NCBI GenBank assembly: GCA_041694815.1
Contig: JBGFSC010000038.1
Location: 1 to 53,933 of the forward strand
Length of the DNA stretch: 53,933 nt
Direction of reading: 5' to 3'
From: Elusimicrobiota bacterium
GTDB taxonomy: Bacteria > Elusimicrobiota > Elusimicrobia > UBA1565 > JACRDR01
The translations under genes and the position numbers were made by a program. Under the pieces are notes generated by a model. It searched no databases, had not been told where the DNA came from, and worked only from the letters and a program-made list of their open reading frames with translations. Of this stretch, positions 27,828 through 37,124 are shown piece by piece (the first letter of the stretch is position 1; every line of letters starts with the position of its first letter).

Positions 27828-27868
27828 AGTTATCCACTTTCAGATTTTCTTTCTAACTGTGGATAACT
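27828..27868. promoter_or_regulatory. Inverted pair of DnaA-box-like sites
   Basis: TTATCCACT at 27830-27838 (1 mismatch) and TGTGGATAA at 27858-27866 (consensus). An AT-rich tract follows. Confidence 0.45.
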
Positions 27869-28052
27869 TCCGCGCCAGCGCGGATATGTTATAAAAAATC
27901 ATTTAAACGAAAGCCTTTTTAAGCAAACGCGTGACGAGACATTGGGGTGGATTTTATAGGTCCTCCGGGTAATTTGAATAGGACTAAAAAACCAGTTATC
28001 ATTGGGCCCTTTGCTCCATGTACTCATTTACATATCGCAATAAAATACGGCT

Positions 28053-28742
28053 ATGAAAACCCGTTCTCTTCTCAGCATTGTCGTAATATCCCTGCTAGCG
28101 AGCTTCGCCTCCGCTGGAATCGGCCCTTTAAAACCGGCCATGCTCCTTGATCTTTTCCCTTTAAATTTCCAAACACTCATGATCGCGGCCGGGGTCGCGT
28201 GTCAAAATGGCTGTCCTTCGAGCGGCAATTCCCTGCACATCCAAGGTGCCATCGATAAAATGAGCACGGATTATTCGATTACGCTCGATGAAGGAGGGGC
28301 CAAATGGTTCATACTTGGTCGTTTTGCCGGCCGATGGGTTGCCGGGGAATCTCAATTCGGCGACCATTCGCCCGACATCGGAACGTTCGGAGAATGGAAA
28401 AGTCTCCACGCCGATAGGATACAGCCGCCGAGCGAAGTCTCTATGAAGTTAACGCTTCATGACGGCGGCCAGAACAACCGCGCGGTCGGCAAGATGGACG
28501 GCATGGCCGTTTCAGCGGACAATCACCTTTTGGGAGAAATGTTCGAACAGAAGGGCGAGATAGGTGGAATTGCCTTCAGTTTGAAAAGCGAAAAGGCCTC
28601 CGACGGTTCCGTAGCGATCCGAGGCAATTTCGGAAGCCAGCCCATCTCGTTAACGATACGCTCAGCAGGCCCCGGCACGGCACGCATCGAAGGCGTAATC
28701 GGCGGGCTTTCCGTGCAGGAACGGATCTCGATTCGTCCTTAA
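28053..28742 (+). CDS. Secreted hypothetical protein (lower GC than neighbours)
   Basis: Signal peptide MKTRSLLSIVVISLLASFASA followed by a beta-rich body. Confidence 0.7.
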   Translation: MKTRSLLSIVVISLLASFASAGIGPLKPAMLLDLFPLNFQTLMIAAGVACQNGCPSSGNSLHIQGAIDKMSTDYSITLDEGGAKWFILGRFAGRWVAGESQFGDHSPDIGTFGEWKSLHADRIQPPSEVSMKLTLHDGGQNNRAVGKMDGMAVSADNHLLGEMFEQKGEIGGIAFSLKSEKASDGSVAIRGNFGSQPISLTIRSAGPGTARIEGVIGGLSVQERISIRP

Positions 28743-29932
28743 AGCGCCCGACACCAAAGGACTTTCAGGTATTCCCCCTCCGGGTAATCGGCGGCGAAGG
28801 GGTGGTCGGCGCCCGCGCCGCTTTTCCTGAATATCTGCAGCCGCCGCCCGACCGAGCCGGCGGCGCCCCGCACGATCTGCTGGAATTCCTCCCAGGGCAA
28901 GAGGCCCGAGCAGGAGCAGGTCACGAATATGCCGCCCTCATCGAGCACGCCCATCGCCAGGCGGTTTAAATCCATGTACTTCTGCTTGCCCAGCTTGATC
29001 CCCTCCCGCGAAGCGATCAGCTTGTACGGATCGAGGATCACCAAACCGTATCGCTCCTTGTTGGCCGCCATCTGCCTCAAATAGGGGAAGGCGTCGGCGC
29101 AGACCGCGTTGATCCTTAAGCCGTTGATATTCGCGTTGCGCTTGAGCGCGGCATGGACCTCCGGGTCGAGCTCGACGGCGCTCACCTCCTCGGCCTGCCC
29201 CAGCTTCTTGGCGTAAAGGGCGAAGCCTCCCGTGTAGCTGAAGAGGTCGAGCACCTTCCTTCCGGCGGCAAAATTGGCGGCCGCCAGGCGGTTGTCGCGC
29301 TGGTCGCAGAAGAAGCCCGTCTTATACCCTCCCGACGGCTCCACCTCGAAGGCGACCCCGTTTTCCTGGATGCGGGTCTTGGCGGGCTTGGCCTTGCCGA
29401 TGCGAAATCCCTCCATCGACTCGGTGTACTCGCTGGCCCGGCGGATGAATTGAGCCTGCGGGTAATGGGCGCGCAAGAGCCTCTCGATGCGCTCGGCCTG
29501 CCGGAACATGCCCAAGGAATAGAATTCAAGCACCAGGTAGTCCGCGTAACGGTCCACGACGAGCCCGGGAAGGCCGTCGCCATGGTCATGGACGAGCCGG
29601 TAGGCTTGCGCCTGGCGGTCGAGCCCCAGCGAATCGCGGCGCCACTCCACGGCGCGCCGCAGGCGTTCGGCGAAAAATTTCTCCTCGTCGAAACCCGCCG
29701 CGTCGCGGGTCAACAGGCGCAGGGTGATCAGGCTTTTGGGGTTGTAGAGGGCGACTCCGTAAGGCGCTCCCGCCTTGTCGTAGACCGCCACGAGATCGCC
29801 GGCCTTGGCTCGGGGATCGACCGAATCGATCATGCGTCGGAAGGCCTGGGGGCCGGCCGCCGCCGAGCGCAGCCGGACCCAAGGCTGGGGGCCGGCGTGG
29901 CCGGGCGGCGGCGCGGGCGCGGGGTTTTTCAC
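28739..29932 (-). CDS. rlmI: RlmI-like 23S rRNA m5C methyltransferase
   Basis: PUA-like N-terminus, GDGLPGLVVDRY, KTGFFCDQRDNR, LDLFSYTGGF, LDP, TCSCS, EYLK. Confidence 0.88.
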   Translation of the reverse strand: MKNPAPAPPPGHAGPQPWVRLRSAAAGPQAFRRMIDSVDPRAKAGDLVAVYDKAGAPYGVALYNPKSLITLRLLTRDAAGFDEEKFFAERLRRAVEWRRDSLGLDRQAQAYRLVHDHGDGLPGLVVDRYADYLVLEFYSLGMFRQAERIERLLRAHYPQAQFIRRASEYTESMEGFRIGKAKPAKTRIQENGVAFEVEPSGGYKTGFFCDQRDNRLAAANFAAGRKVLDLFSYTGGFALYAKKLGQAEEVSAVELDPEVHAALKRNANINGLRINAVCADAFPYLRQMAANKERYGLVILDPYKLIASREGIKLGKQKYMDLNRLAMGVLDEGGIFVTCSCSGLLPWEEFQQIVRGAAGSVGRRLQIFRKSGAGADHPFAADYPEGEYLKVLWCRAL

Positions 29933-29948
29933 CCGCTCATACTAACAA

Positions 29949-30389
29949 TTACGGGGCCCTCGGGTCCGTCATCCGGTTGACATTGCCCTCGCCGGTGTCC
30001 TGCGGCGTAACGGGCGCCTGGCGAGCCGGGCGGCCGCGGCGCTTGCGCTCCTTGCGATCCTTGCGCTGCTCTCCCGTACGGCGTTCTTGCCCGGAAACCG
30101 CGTCGCGCGTGTCCGTCTGAGGGATGCTCGGCGACCCGGTCGAGGTCCCTCCGGTGCTCGCGGGGGCCTGGGTGCCGCCGCTGGGGTTGGTCCCCGGAGC
30201 GGTGTCCCCGACGCCGGGCGCGCCCGAGGGATTGGCCGGCGTCCCGGGCGCTGGGTTCACAGGCCCTTGCGGCTGGGGCCCGCCGCCGGGAGCCGTCTCG
30301 GGATTGACGCCCCCGCCCCCCTGAGAGAACACTCCCGAGGGGAGGAGAATGGCCGCAAGGAACATCGCCCAACGATGTATCTTGGTCAT
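29949..30389 (-). CDS. Exported Gly/Pro/Thr-rich low-complexity protein
   Basis: GGAGG SD, signal peptide, disordered NP.PG repeats and a basic tail. The stop position is uncertain. Confidence 0.55.
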   Translation of the reverse strand: MTKIHRWAMFLAAILLPSGVFSQGGGGVNPETAPGGGPQPQGPVNPAPGTPANPSGAPGVGDTAPGTNPSGGTQAPASTGGTSTGSPSIPQTDTRDAVSGQERRTGEQRKDRKERKRRGRPARQAPVTPQDTGEGNVNRMTDPRAP

Positions 30390-30457
30390 ATAGCCTCCGG
30401 CTTCTTGCGAAGCCGTATCCAGTATAGAACGCGCGGGTTTAGAAACCTTGACGCGCT

Positions 30458-30745
30458 CTATGGAGGAGGCGGGGCCCCATCGGGCTTAGGGATATCCGGC
30501 TCGTCGACGAACGGGCATCGCGGGGTCGCGGCCAGCGGGCAGTCCTTGCGCGACTCCCGATGGCAGTCCTCGACGGCGGAGCCCTGGCGCAGGCAGGCCG
30601 CCGCCCGCTGGTGCAGCTCGGCCATCTTCTCGTGCAGCTCGACCTTAGAACGGCGCTCCAGCGGTATGACGGGAGCCGAGGCGTATATCCCGATCGCCGC
30701 GACGGCCAACGCCCCCAGCGCGAAGACCCGCCTCCCGCCGTCCAT
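30458..30745 (-). CDS. Small exported His/Cys-containing protein
   Basis: Signal or TM segment, then HEKMAELH...CL...CH...C...CP. Confidence 0.6.
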   Translation of the reverse strand: MDGGRRVFALGALAVAAIGIYASAPVIPLERRSKVELHEKMAELHQRAAACLRQGSAVEDCHRESRKDCPLAATPRCPFVDEPDIPKPDGAPPPP

Positions 30746-30769
30746 CGCCGTTTCCCGGGACGCGGCCTA

Positions 30770-31360
30770 TCAAAAACCCAGCGTGGAGCGGCGCCGCCTG
30801 GAGCCGGTCAACCGGTCCCAAAGGGCGTAGACCAGCCCCCCGACAAGCAGGACCCCGCCTAGCACGGCGGCCGAACCCAGCAAGGGCGGTCTCATGACCA
30901 GCCGGGCCATCGGCGAGCGCTCGAAGCGCGACATCCGCTCGCCCAGGCGGTCCAAGTCGACGTCGGAGCGCTCGACCTGCGGGAAGAGCTTGGTCTCCTC
31001 CTCGTCGATGTGCTCGAGAACGTCCTTGATGAGGTGCTTGAATTTGGCCCGATAGCGCTCCTCGCCGATGGGAAGCCATTTCAGCTCTTGGCTGAGCCCT
31101 TTGACGACATGATGCGCCTCGAGGGCCTCGGCGACGAGCGACGGCTCCTCGACCACCCGCCTCGCCTCTGGGTAAAACAGCTTCTCCTCGAGCGCCGTGT
31201 GCTCCTCGAGCTCCCGAAGGATCTCGTTGCCGATGGAACGCAGCTCCGAGACTTCCTCGGCGTTCTCGAAACGCCGGAAAAGGTCCTTGATGCTCCGGTG
31301 CTGCTCGCGCAGCATCTCGGTCGCCCCGATGCTCCGTACTTCGCTCATTATTCTGGCCAT
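30770..31360 (-). CDS. Hemerythrin-domain protein with a C-terminal TM anchor
   Basis: Motifs LREQH, HTALEEKLFYP, EAHH, HIDEEETKLFP. GGAGG SD before ATG 31360. Confidence 0.88.
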   Translation of the reverse strand: MARIMSEVRSIGATEMLREQHRSIKDLFRRFENAEEVSELRSIGNEILRELEEHTALEEKLFYPEARRVVEEPSLVAEALEAHHVVKGLSQELKWLPIGEERYRAKFKHLIKDVLEHIDEEETKLFPQVERSDVDLDRLGERMSRFERSPMARLVMRPPLLGSAAVLGGVLLVGGLVYALWDRLTGSRRRRSTLGF

Positions 31361-31446
31361 GGTTTCCTCCCCCTTTGGCATGCCAAAGAGCCGACAGTAT
31401 AGGCGCGCCTCGAGGTGCCGGCCATAGAGGCGCTGTCAATTTGTTT

Positions 31447-32274
31447 TTACCCTCGGGTGACGCGGCCCCCTAACGCGTCGATCTTGCCGGCGGGCGGATC
31501 CTCCTTGTCGACGAGCGTCCAGCAGAAGACTTCGTCGGGAGAGAGCTTCCCCTCGGGATAAAGCCTGGCGTCGCGCTCCCCCGCCTCGATGTCGTCGAGA
31601 TACTCCCCGAAGGAGAGAAGCGTCCCGCGGCAGAGGCGCCTTGCTCTCTGCGAGGCGGGCTCCAGCGACTTGGAAAACAGGCGGGAAAGCACCCAGGGGG
31701 GGACGTTGCCGCCGCGCCGGGGGAAGATGAATCGGAACAGGATCAGGTGGCTGAGCAGCACGGCGCCGCGCTCGCCGAAGCGGCCCAGCAGGCGCCCCCA
31801 ATCGAGGCGGTCGGCGCGCGCCTTGAGCAGGTGCGCGATGTCGGCGCCGTCGTAGCGGCCGCGCTCCATGATGAAGGCCTTGGTCCAGATCATCTCCTCC
31901 ACCGGCACGAAGCGCGCCCGCACCCCGAACAACCGCCCCGGCTCGCTGAACTCGAACCACGCGTCGTCGACCTCGCAAAGCCCATTGCCCGAGCTGAAGA
32001 TAAGGTCGACGAAGCGGCTCCCGCGCCATATCTTGGCCAGCCAATGCCTCGCCTTCCAGGCGGTCTTGTAGCCCTTCTCGGAGAACAGCCGGAGCACGGG
32101 CTCGCAATCGCGGCGGCGCAGGAAAACGTCGAGGTCCTTGGTATCCCGCGAGATGCCGGTGTACAAGCATAACGCGGAGGAGCCTCCGATCAAAAAGGGG
32201 ATCCGCGAGCGCTTGAGCAGGTCGAGGGCGTCGCGGTAGAAGCGCGGGGGAGCCGCGGGGCCGTTAACGGGCAT
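31447..32274 (-). CDS. Pol-beta-superfamily nucleotidyltransferase
   Basis: Motifs FLIGGS.A...Y....RDTKDLD, VDLIF, DGADI. Confidence 0.85.
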   Translation of the reverse strand: MPVNGPAAPPRFYRDALDLLKRSRIPFLIGGSSALCLYTGISRDTKDLDVFLRRRDCEPVLRLFSEKGYKTAWKARHWLAKIWRGSRFVDLIFSSGNGLCEVDDAWFEFSEPGRLFGVRARFVPVEEMIWTKAFIMERGRYDGADIAHLLKARADRLDWGRLLGRFGERGAVLLSHLILFRFIFPRRGGNVPPWVLSRLFSKSLEPASQRARRLCRGTLLSFGEYLDDIEAGERDARLYPEGKLSPDEVFCWTLVDKEDPPAGKIDALGGRVTRG

Positions 32275-33010
32275 CCGCGGAGAGCTCGAGTAGCCCGAAG
32301 AGAGGACCCTGGGGCTTGAGCCGCTTTAATAAAGGAAGGGCGACGTTGAAAACCGGCACGCCGGAGGCGGTGCGGCCCTCGGCGCGCCCGTAATGCGCGT
32401 GGCCGTGGAACACCGCCGTGACCGGATGGCGGTTGAGGGGCTCCTCGAGCCGGCCGGAGCCGAGGAACGGATAGAGTTCCAGCGGCTCCCCCTCGACCGT
32501 CGCCGGGATCGGGGCGTAATGCAGGATCACGATGCGGTGCGCCGTCCTCAAGCGCGCCAGGGCCGCGTCGAGCTTGAGCGCCTCCTCCGAGGCCTCGTGA
32601 ACCAGGCGCTTGAGGCTCGGCTCGCCCCAAGACTGCAGCACCCGCTTGCCGAAGCCCCCGATGTAACCCTTCACCCCGGCCACGCCGACTCCCAATAGCT
32701 CGCAGGAGTCGCCGTCGAGAAGGCGAAGCCCCGCCTGGCCGAGTATCGCCTTGAGCTCCCGCTCCTTGCCGGACTCGAAGTCGTGGTTTCCAAGCACCGC
32801 GGCCATGGGCATGCGGGAGACCGGCTTGAGCTCTTGGGCGAGCAGATGCGCCTCCTCCGGCAGGCCGTAGTCGGTCAGGTCCCCACAGAGCAGCAGCAGA
32901 TCGGCGCTTTCCGCGACCGCGGCGAAAAGCGCGGCCAGGCTTCCCCGCGAGGCCCGCGAGCAATGGAGGTCCCCGACAGCCGCGACCCGGATCCTCGATT
33001 TCTTCTCCAC
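32264..33010 (-). CDS. Calcineurin-like metallophosphoesterase
   Basis: Motifs GDLH, GDLT, GNHD, LHYAP, HGHAH. Start taken at GTG 33010, 7 nt after TAGAAT; ATG 33019 is the alternative. Confidence 0.9.
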   Translation of the reverse strand: MEKKSRIRVAAVGDLHCSRASRGSLAALFAAVAESADLLLLCGDLTDYGLPEEAHLLAQELKPVSRMPMAAVLGNHDFESGKERELKAILGQAGLRLLDGDSCELLGVGVAGVKGYIGGFGKRVLQSWGEPSLKRLVHEASEEALKLDAALARLRTAHRIVILHYAPIPATVEGEPLELYPFLGSGRLEEPLNRHPVTAVFHGHAHYGRAEGRTASGVPVFNVALPLLKRLKPQGPLFGLLELSADAR

Positions 33011-33192
33011 CCTAGGCATTCTACGCCCGGCGCCGAACGCTACGCCAGTCAAGTTTTTTTGAAATCGCAGTAACGGCGGCGCGCCGGGCGCGGCACAAAA
33101 ATGCCACACGGAATTTCCCCGGCCGCAATGGACCCGACGCCCCGTCTCGAATACAATCCAGCGCTCTTAAGTAAACGGAACAGGAGGAACTG

Positions 33193-34581
33193 ATGAAAAC
33201 CGATTCCGATGGACTGAAGATCCCGACCGACGGGAAGAACGGGAGCGACTCGGCCTACGAGGCCGAGATGAGCGGCGGCCCCCACCGCGAGGAGGTGGTC
33301 CGCAGCGTGCTCAAGCGCATCCATGACCGCGGCATCCGGGTCGTCGATTTCTGGTTCACGGAGATGTCGGGCCGCCCTTGGCGCATTTCGATGTCCGCGG
33401 CGAGCCTCGACGAGCGCCTCTTCTCCTCGGGCGTGGCCGTCGACGGCAGGTCCATCGGCGGCTCCTGGGAAGGGCTCATCTTGATCCTTCCCGACGCCTC
33501 GGCCGCCTACATCGACCCCGTCGCCTCCGTCCCCACCCTCTCGGTGCTCTGCGACGTCGCCGACGCCGGCTCCCGGAAAACCTATTCCCTGGATCCGCGG
33601 CAGGCGCTCAAGCGGGCCGAGGAGCATCTCCGAGGCGTTTCGGCCGCCGAGCGCTGGAGCGTCGGGGCCGAGCCAGAGTTCTTCCTCCTCGAGAACCACG
33701 GCCACGCGGCCTCCGAGGAGTCCGTCTGGGAGCTGCTGCGCGCGATGGCCGTCGCCCTGGGGGAGGCGGGGATACCCGTCGATTGGTTCCGCACCGGGCC
33801 CCGCGTCGGGCAGGGGCGCGTGCAGATGCGCGCCGCGCCCGCCCTGCGCACCGCCGACCACGTGATCCTCTACAAGAACATAGCGCGCAACCTCGCCAAG
33901 CGGGGAGGCAGGACCGCCTCCTTCCTGCCCAAGCCTCTCGCCGGAGAGGGCGCCGCCAATTTCCTCGTCCACCATACCTTCTGGCGCGGCGGCCAAAACC
34001 TCTTCCACGATCCCGACGGCTGGGCGATGACGAGCGAGCTGTGCCGGCAATTCGCGGCGGGGCTGCTCAAGCACGCGCCCGCCCTTGCGGCCTTCTGCGC
34101 GCCCACCATGAACTCCTACCGCCGCCTATTGCCGGGATCGGGTGCGCCGACCGATCTCGTGCTCTCGCGAAACCGGAGCTCGGCGGCCTGCCGCATCCCG
34201 GCCCGCTCGGCGGCGCCCGAGACCCGGCGCGTCAAGTTCGCCTGCTCGGATTCCTCCGCCAACCCCTACCTGGCCTTCGCGGCGATGCTCATGGCCGGCT
34301 TGGACGGGGTGGAGAATCGCCTCGAGCCCGCGATCGACGAGCTGCCGCCGGATGGGCCGCGCCTGCCGCACTCGCTCGAGGAGGCCTTGACTGCGCTGGA
34401 GGACGACCAGGACTTCCTGCGCCGAGGCGGCGTGTTCACCGAGGAGTTGATCCAAGCCTGGATCCGCGAGCGCTGGAAGCTCCAGGTCTTGCCGGTGCGA
34501 TCGGAGCCGCACCCCTCGGAATTACGCCTGGACGGGACCTGGTGGCAGACGACGAGCCTACGCGAAGAGCTGTTTTCCTAG
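33193..34581 (+). CDS. Glutamine synthetase type I homologue with a degenerate active site
   Basis: GS-fold motifs DGRSI, DPR, EPEFFL, FLPKP, NSYRRL.PG..AP, RIP, NPYLAFAA.L.AGLDG. Several catalytic residues are absent. AGGAGG SD. Confidence 0.85.
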   Translation: MKTDSDGLKIPTDGKNGSDSAYEAEMSGGPHREEVVRSVLKRIHDRGIRVVDFWFTEMSGRPWRISMSAASLDERLFSSGVAVDGRSIGGSWEGLILILPDASAAYIDPVASVPTLSVLCDVADAGSRKTYSLDPRQALKRAEEHLRGVSAAERWSVGAEPEFFLLENHGHAASEESVWELLRAMAVALGEAGIPVDWFRTGPRVGQGRVQMRAAPALRTADHVILYKNIARNLAKRGGRTASFLPKPLAGEGAANFLVHHTFWRGGQNLFHDPDGWAMTSELCRQFAAGLLKHAPALAAFCAPTMNSYRRLLPGSGAPTDLVLSRNRSSAACRIPARSAAPETRRVKFACSDSSANPYLAFAAMLMAGLDGVENRLEPAIDELPPDGPRLPHSLEEALTALEDDQDFLRRGGVFTEELIQAWIRERWKLQVLPVRSEPHPSELRLDGTWWQTTSLREELFS

Positions 34582-34582
34582 A

Positions 34583-35353
34583 TCAGGCCGAACAGTCCAG
34601 CTCCATCGTGGGATCCTTTCGGCCGCCCTTAGCCGAGCCGGCCGTCGCCTCGAGGATAACGGCCAAGGAGCCGTCTTCTTGCGCGAATTGAAAATCGATT
34701 CGGTGGCGGCCAGGGTTCTCCTTGAGCCACAAGGCGGTGTTGCTTCCCCGTCCCCAAGCCGGTATACAGGCCTTCGCCAGCTCGCTCGTGCCGAAGCCGC
34801 ACTCGGCCAATGCCTCAAGCGAGCGCGCGGGGTTGCACCAATCGACATTGCTTAGATAAAGCCGGCCGTCCGGCTCCAGGACCTGGCGCGCCCGACGGAT
34901 CAAGGCCACTTTCAAGTCCTCGCCATCCACTCCCCCATCGATCGATCGCATCAGCGACAGCGCCGAGTTCCCCCAATATCTTGGCGCGTCCTGGCTCCGA
35001 ACGTTCGGCAACGTGCAGATAATGGCGTTGAACTTTTGGCCATTCGCGGGCTCTAAAAGACTGCCCAATAAGAACTGGCACCGGTCCGCGACGCCGTTAG
35101 CGCGGGCGTTGGCTTCGGCGTCTCTGAGTGCGTCGGGATTTAAATCGATTCCGAGAACTTGCTTGGCGCCCATTTTTGCCGCCAGGACGGAGAGTAAGCC
35201 CGAGCCGCAGCCAAGATCGCAGACCACCTCACCGGGCTCGATGCTCAACTCGGCGGCTGTCAAGAGAGAAACGAGGTTCGGGACGAACACCGACTGCTCA
35301 TGGACCCGCAGGTCTATGTTCTGGGACTGGATCCTACATCGAATGAAAAGCAT
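34583..35353 (-). CDS. HemK/PrmC-like class I methyltransferase
   Basis: Motifs DLGCGSG, GIDLN, DGG.DG. The NPPY motif is replaced by TLPN. Confidence 0.75.
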   Translation of the reverse strand: MLFIRCRIQSQNIDLRVHEQSVFVPNLVSLLTAAELSIEPGEVVCDLGCGSGLLSVLAAKMGAKQVLGIDLNPDALRDAEANARANGVADRCQFLLGSLLEPANGQKFNAIICTLPNVRSQDAPRYWGNSALSLMRSIDGGVDGEDLKVALIRRARQVLEPDGRLYLSNVDWCNPARSLEALAECGFGTSELAKACIPAWGRGSNTALWLKENPGRHRIDFQFAQEDGSLAVILEATAGSAKGGRKDPTMELDCSA

Positions 35354-35757
35354 CAGAAACGGCAGTCCTTGGGCGCGTAGGGCGTGCCGTTAGCCTCGGG
35401 CCCGATACGGCTTAATGCAACCGCAGCAGCGCAACGGGTATCGCCATCCGAAGCGCGCGTCAGAAGCCGGCTCAAGGCTGGCTTTGCCGCGCCAGCCCGC
35501 GGGCCCAGATCGCCAAGGATGCCCGCAGCCTCCAAGACCACGAGCCGCCGCGCGTCCCCCAACGCATTGGCCAGCTGCGCGACAATCTCGTCGACGCCGA
35601 GCCCCGATGTCTCGAGTATCCAGGAGGCGTCCCTTAAATCGGCATGATCGTCCTGCAACACCTCACGAAGCGCCGAAAGAAAAACGGCGTTATCCTCGGC
35701 GCCGGCCGGACGGGCAAAGGCGAAAACGAACAACAAAACGACCGCGAAATAACGCAT
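35353..35757 (-). CDS. Exported HEAT-repeat protein
   Basis: Signal peptide; AAGILGDLGPRA..AKPAL and R.AAAVALSRIG. Confidence 0.65.
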   Translation of the reverse strand: MRYFAVVLLFVFAFARPAGAEDNAVFLSALREVLQDDHADLRDASWILETSGLGVDEIVAQLANALGDARRLVVLEAAGILGDLGPRAGAAKPALSRLLTRASDGDTRCAAAVALSRIGPEANGTPYAPKDCRF

Positions 35758-35792
35758 CCGTGAGACGGTACAAAATAATAGAATCCTGTTGC

Positions 35793-37124
35793 ATGATTTT
35801 CCCCGCCGTTATATACGCTGGACTCCTTTCCTGGCAACCCGCGATGGCCACGACGCGCCCCAAGAGCGTCATCGTATACATGATCGACGGGATGGGCTGG
35901 GGCCAGCTCCAGCTCCTGTTCGATGCGGCCGAAAGCCGGGGAGAAACGACGGCGATGGGCCTCGTCTCAAAACAAGGAAATACAGCTTACTGCGGCGTCT
36001 CTCCCCGCGGCGCCCTGGTGCCCGAGTCCGGAGCCAGCGCGTCGGCGTTCGCGACTGGACACAAGGTGTCCAATCGCAGCCTCGCCCAATTGTCCGGTGG
36101 AAAAAGGCTAGAAAACATCTTCGAGCTAGCCAAGAAGGAAGGCAAGGCGACCGGTCTAGTGACGACCGCTCGACTGACCCACGCCAGCCCGGCCGCGTTC
36201 CTGGTGCACATGCCTCAACGCGACAACGAATATGAGATAGCCGAACGTGTCGTCTCCTCCGGCGTCGACATCCTCCTAGGGGGAGGCCGACGATACTTCC
36301 CCACGAGCCTCTTGAACAGAGCGGAAAGCGAGGGATATCGGGTTGTGCGCGCTTTCGAACGGCTCGACGCCGCGCCCGGGACCAAGCTCTTAGGGCTCTT
36401 CGCGGAGCGGACTTTTCCCTTTGCCTTAGACCGAGGCCGCGTGAAAGAGCAAGTGCCCAGCCTTGAAGAAATGACGCGAACGGCGATCGCCCGGTTAAGC
36501 CGGGATCCCGACGGTTTCGTGTTGGTCGTCGATGCACGCCTGATCGACGAGGCTTCCCATTACCATGATGCCGCGGGCGTGCTAGTGGAGATGCGGCAGG
36601 CGGATCAGGCCGTCGCCGCGGGACTTCGTTTCCTCGAGGACCATCCGGATACGCTGCTCCTGGTCGTCTCCAATCATGACACCGGGGGCATGGGCATGGT
36701 CTATCAGGCCAATCCCGCTCGGTGGGGCGGCCCGACCGAATTGGCGCGCATCGCCGGCCAGCGGGCCTCGTTGCACTGGATCTTGGGCGAGATCTGGCGC
36801 AAAAGCGAACGAGGCAAAGCCCTAGACGCTCCACTGGTGCAGGGCGTATTGAGGTCCTACTTCCCTCGGGATGTGCCCATACGAGAGCAGGACGCCCGGG
36901 CGGTCATCGACGCGTTATCCCTAGGCCCCAAAAGATCACCCTTCGCCTATAGTCCCGCCTCACATGCGATCGCGAAGATACTCGAGCCCTACTACCTAGT
37001 CGCCTGGAATACGGGCACGCACACCAGCTCCCCGGTGCCTTGCTTCGGCATCGGCCCCGGCAGCGAAGCCCTTCGCGGTTTTTTGGAAAACACCGACGTT
37101 TTTCATATCATCAACGGTCGATGA
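35793..37124 (+). CDS. Alkaline phosphatase (PhoA family), divergent
   Basis: Motifs IDGMG, ESGASASAFATG, THASPA, IDEASH, NHDTGG, HT..PVP..G.GP. Start taken at ATG 35793. Confidence 0.85.
   Translation: MIFPAVIYAGLLSWQPAMATTRPKSVIVYMIDGMGWGQLQLLFDAAESRGETTAMGLVSKQGNTAYCGVSPRGALVPESGASASAFATGHKVSNRSLAQLSGGKRLENIFELAKKEGKATGLVTTARLTHASPAAFLVHMPQRDNEYEIAERVVSSGVDILLGGGRRYFPTSLLNRAESEGYRVVRAFERLDAAPGTKLLGLFAERTFPFALDRGRVKEQVPSLEEMTRTAIARLSRDPDGFVLVVDARLIDEASHYHDAAGVLVEMRQADQAVAAGLRFLEDHPDTLLLVVSNHDTGGMGMVYQANPARWGGPTELARIAGQRASLHWILGEIWRKSERGKALDAPLVQGVLRSYFPRDVPIREQDARAVIDALSLGPKRSPFAYSPASHAIAKILEPYYLVAWNTGTHTSSPVPCFGIGPGSEALRGFLENTDVFHIINGR

Noticed and set aside
35415..35792. Long N-terminal extensions in the ORF track (also 43857-45131, 17005-17904, 8490-8804, 52377-53687)
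   Set aside because: The extensions overlap real genes in other frames or on the other strand. Downstream starts fit the domain boundaries and signal peptides.
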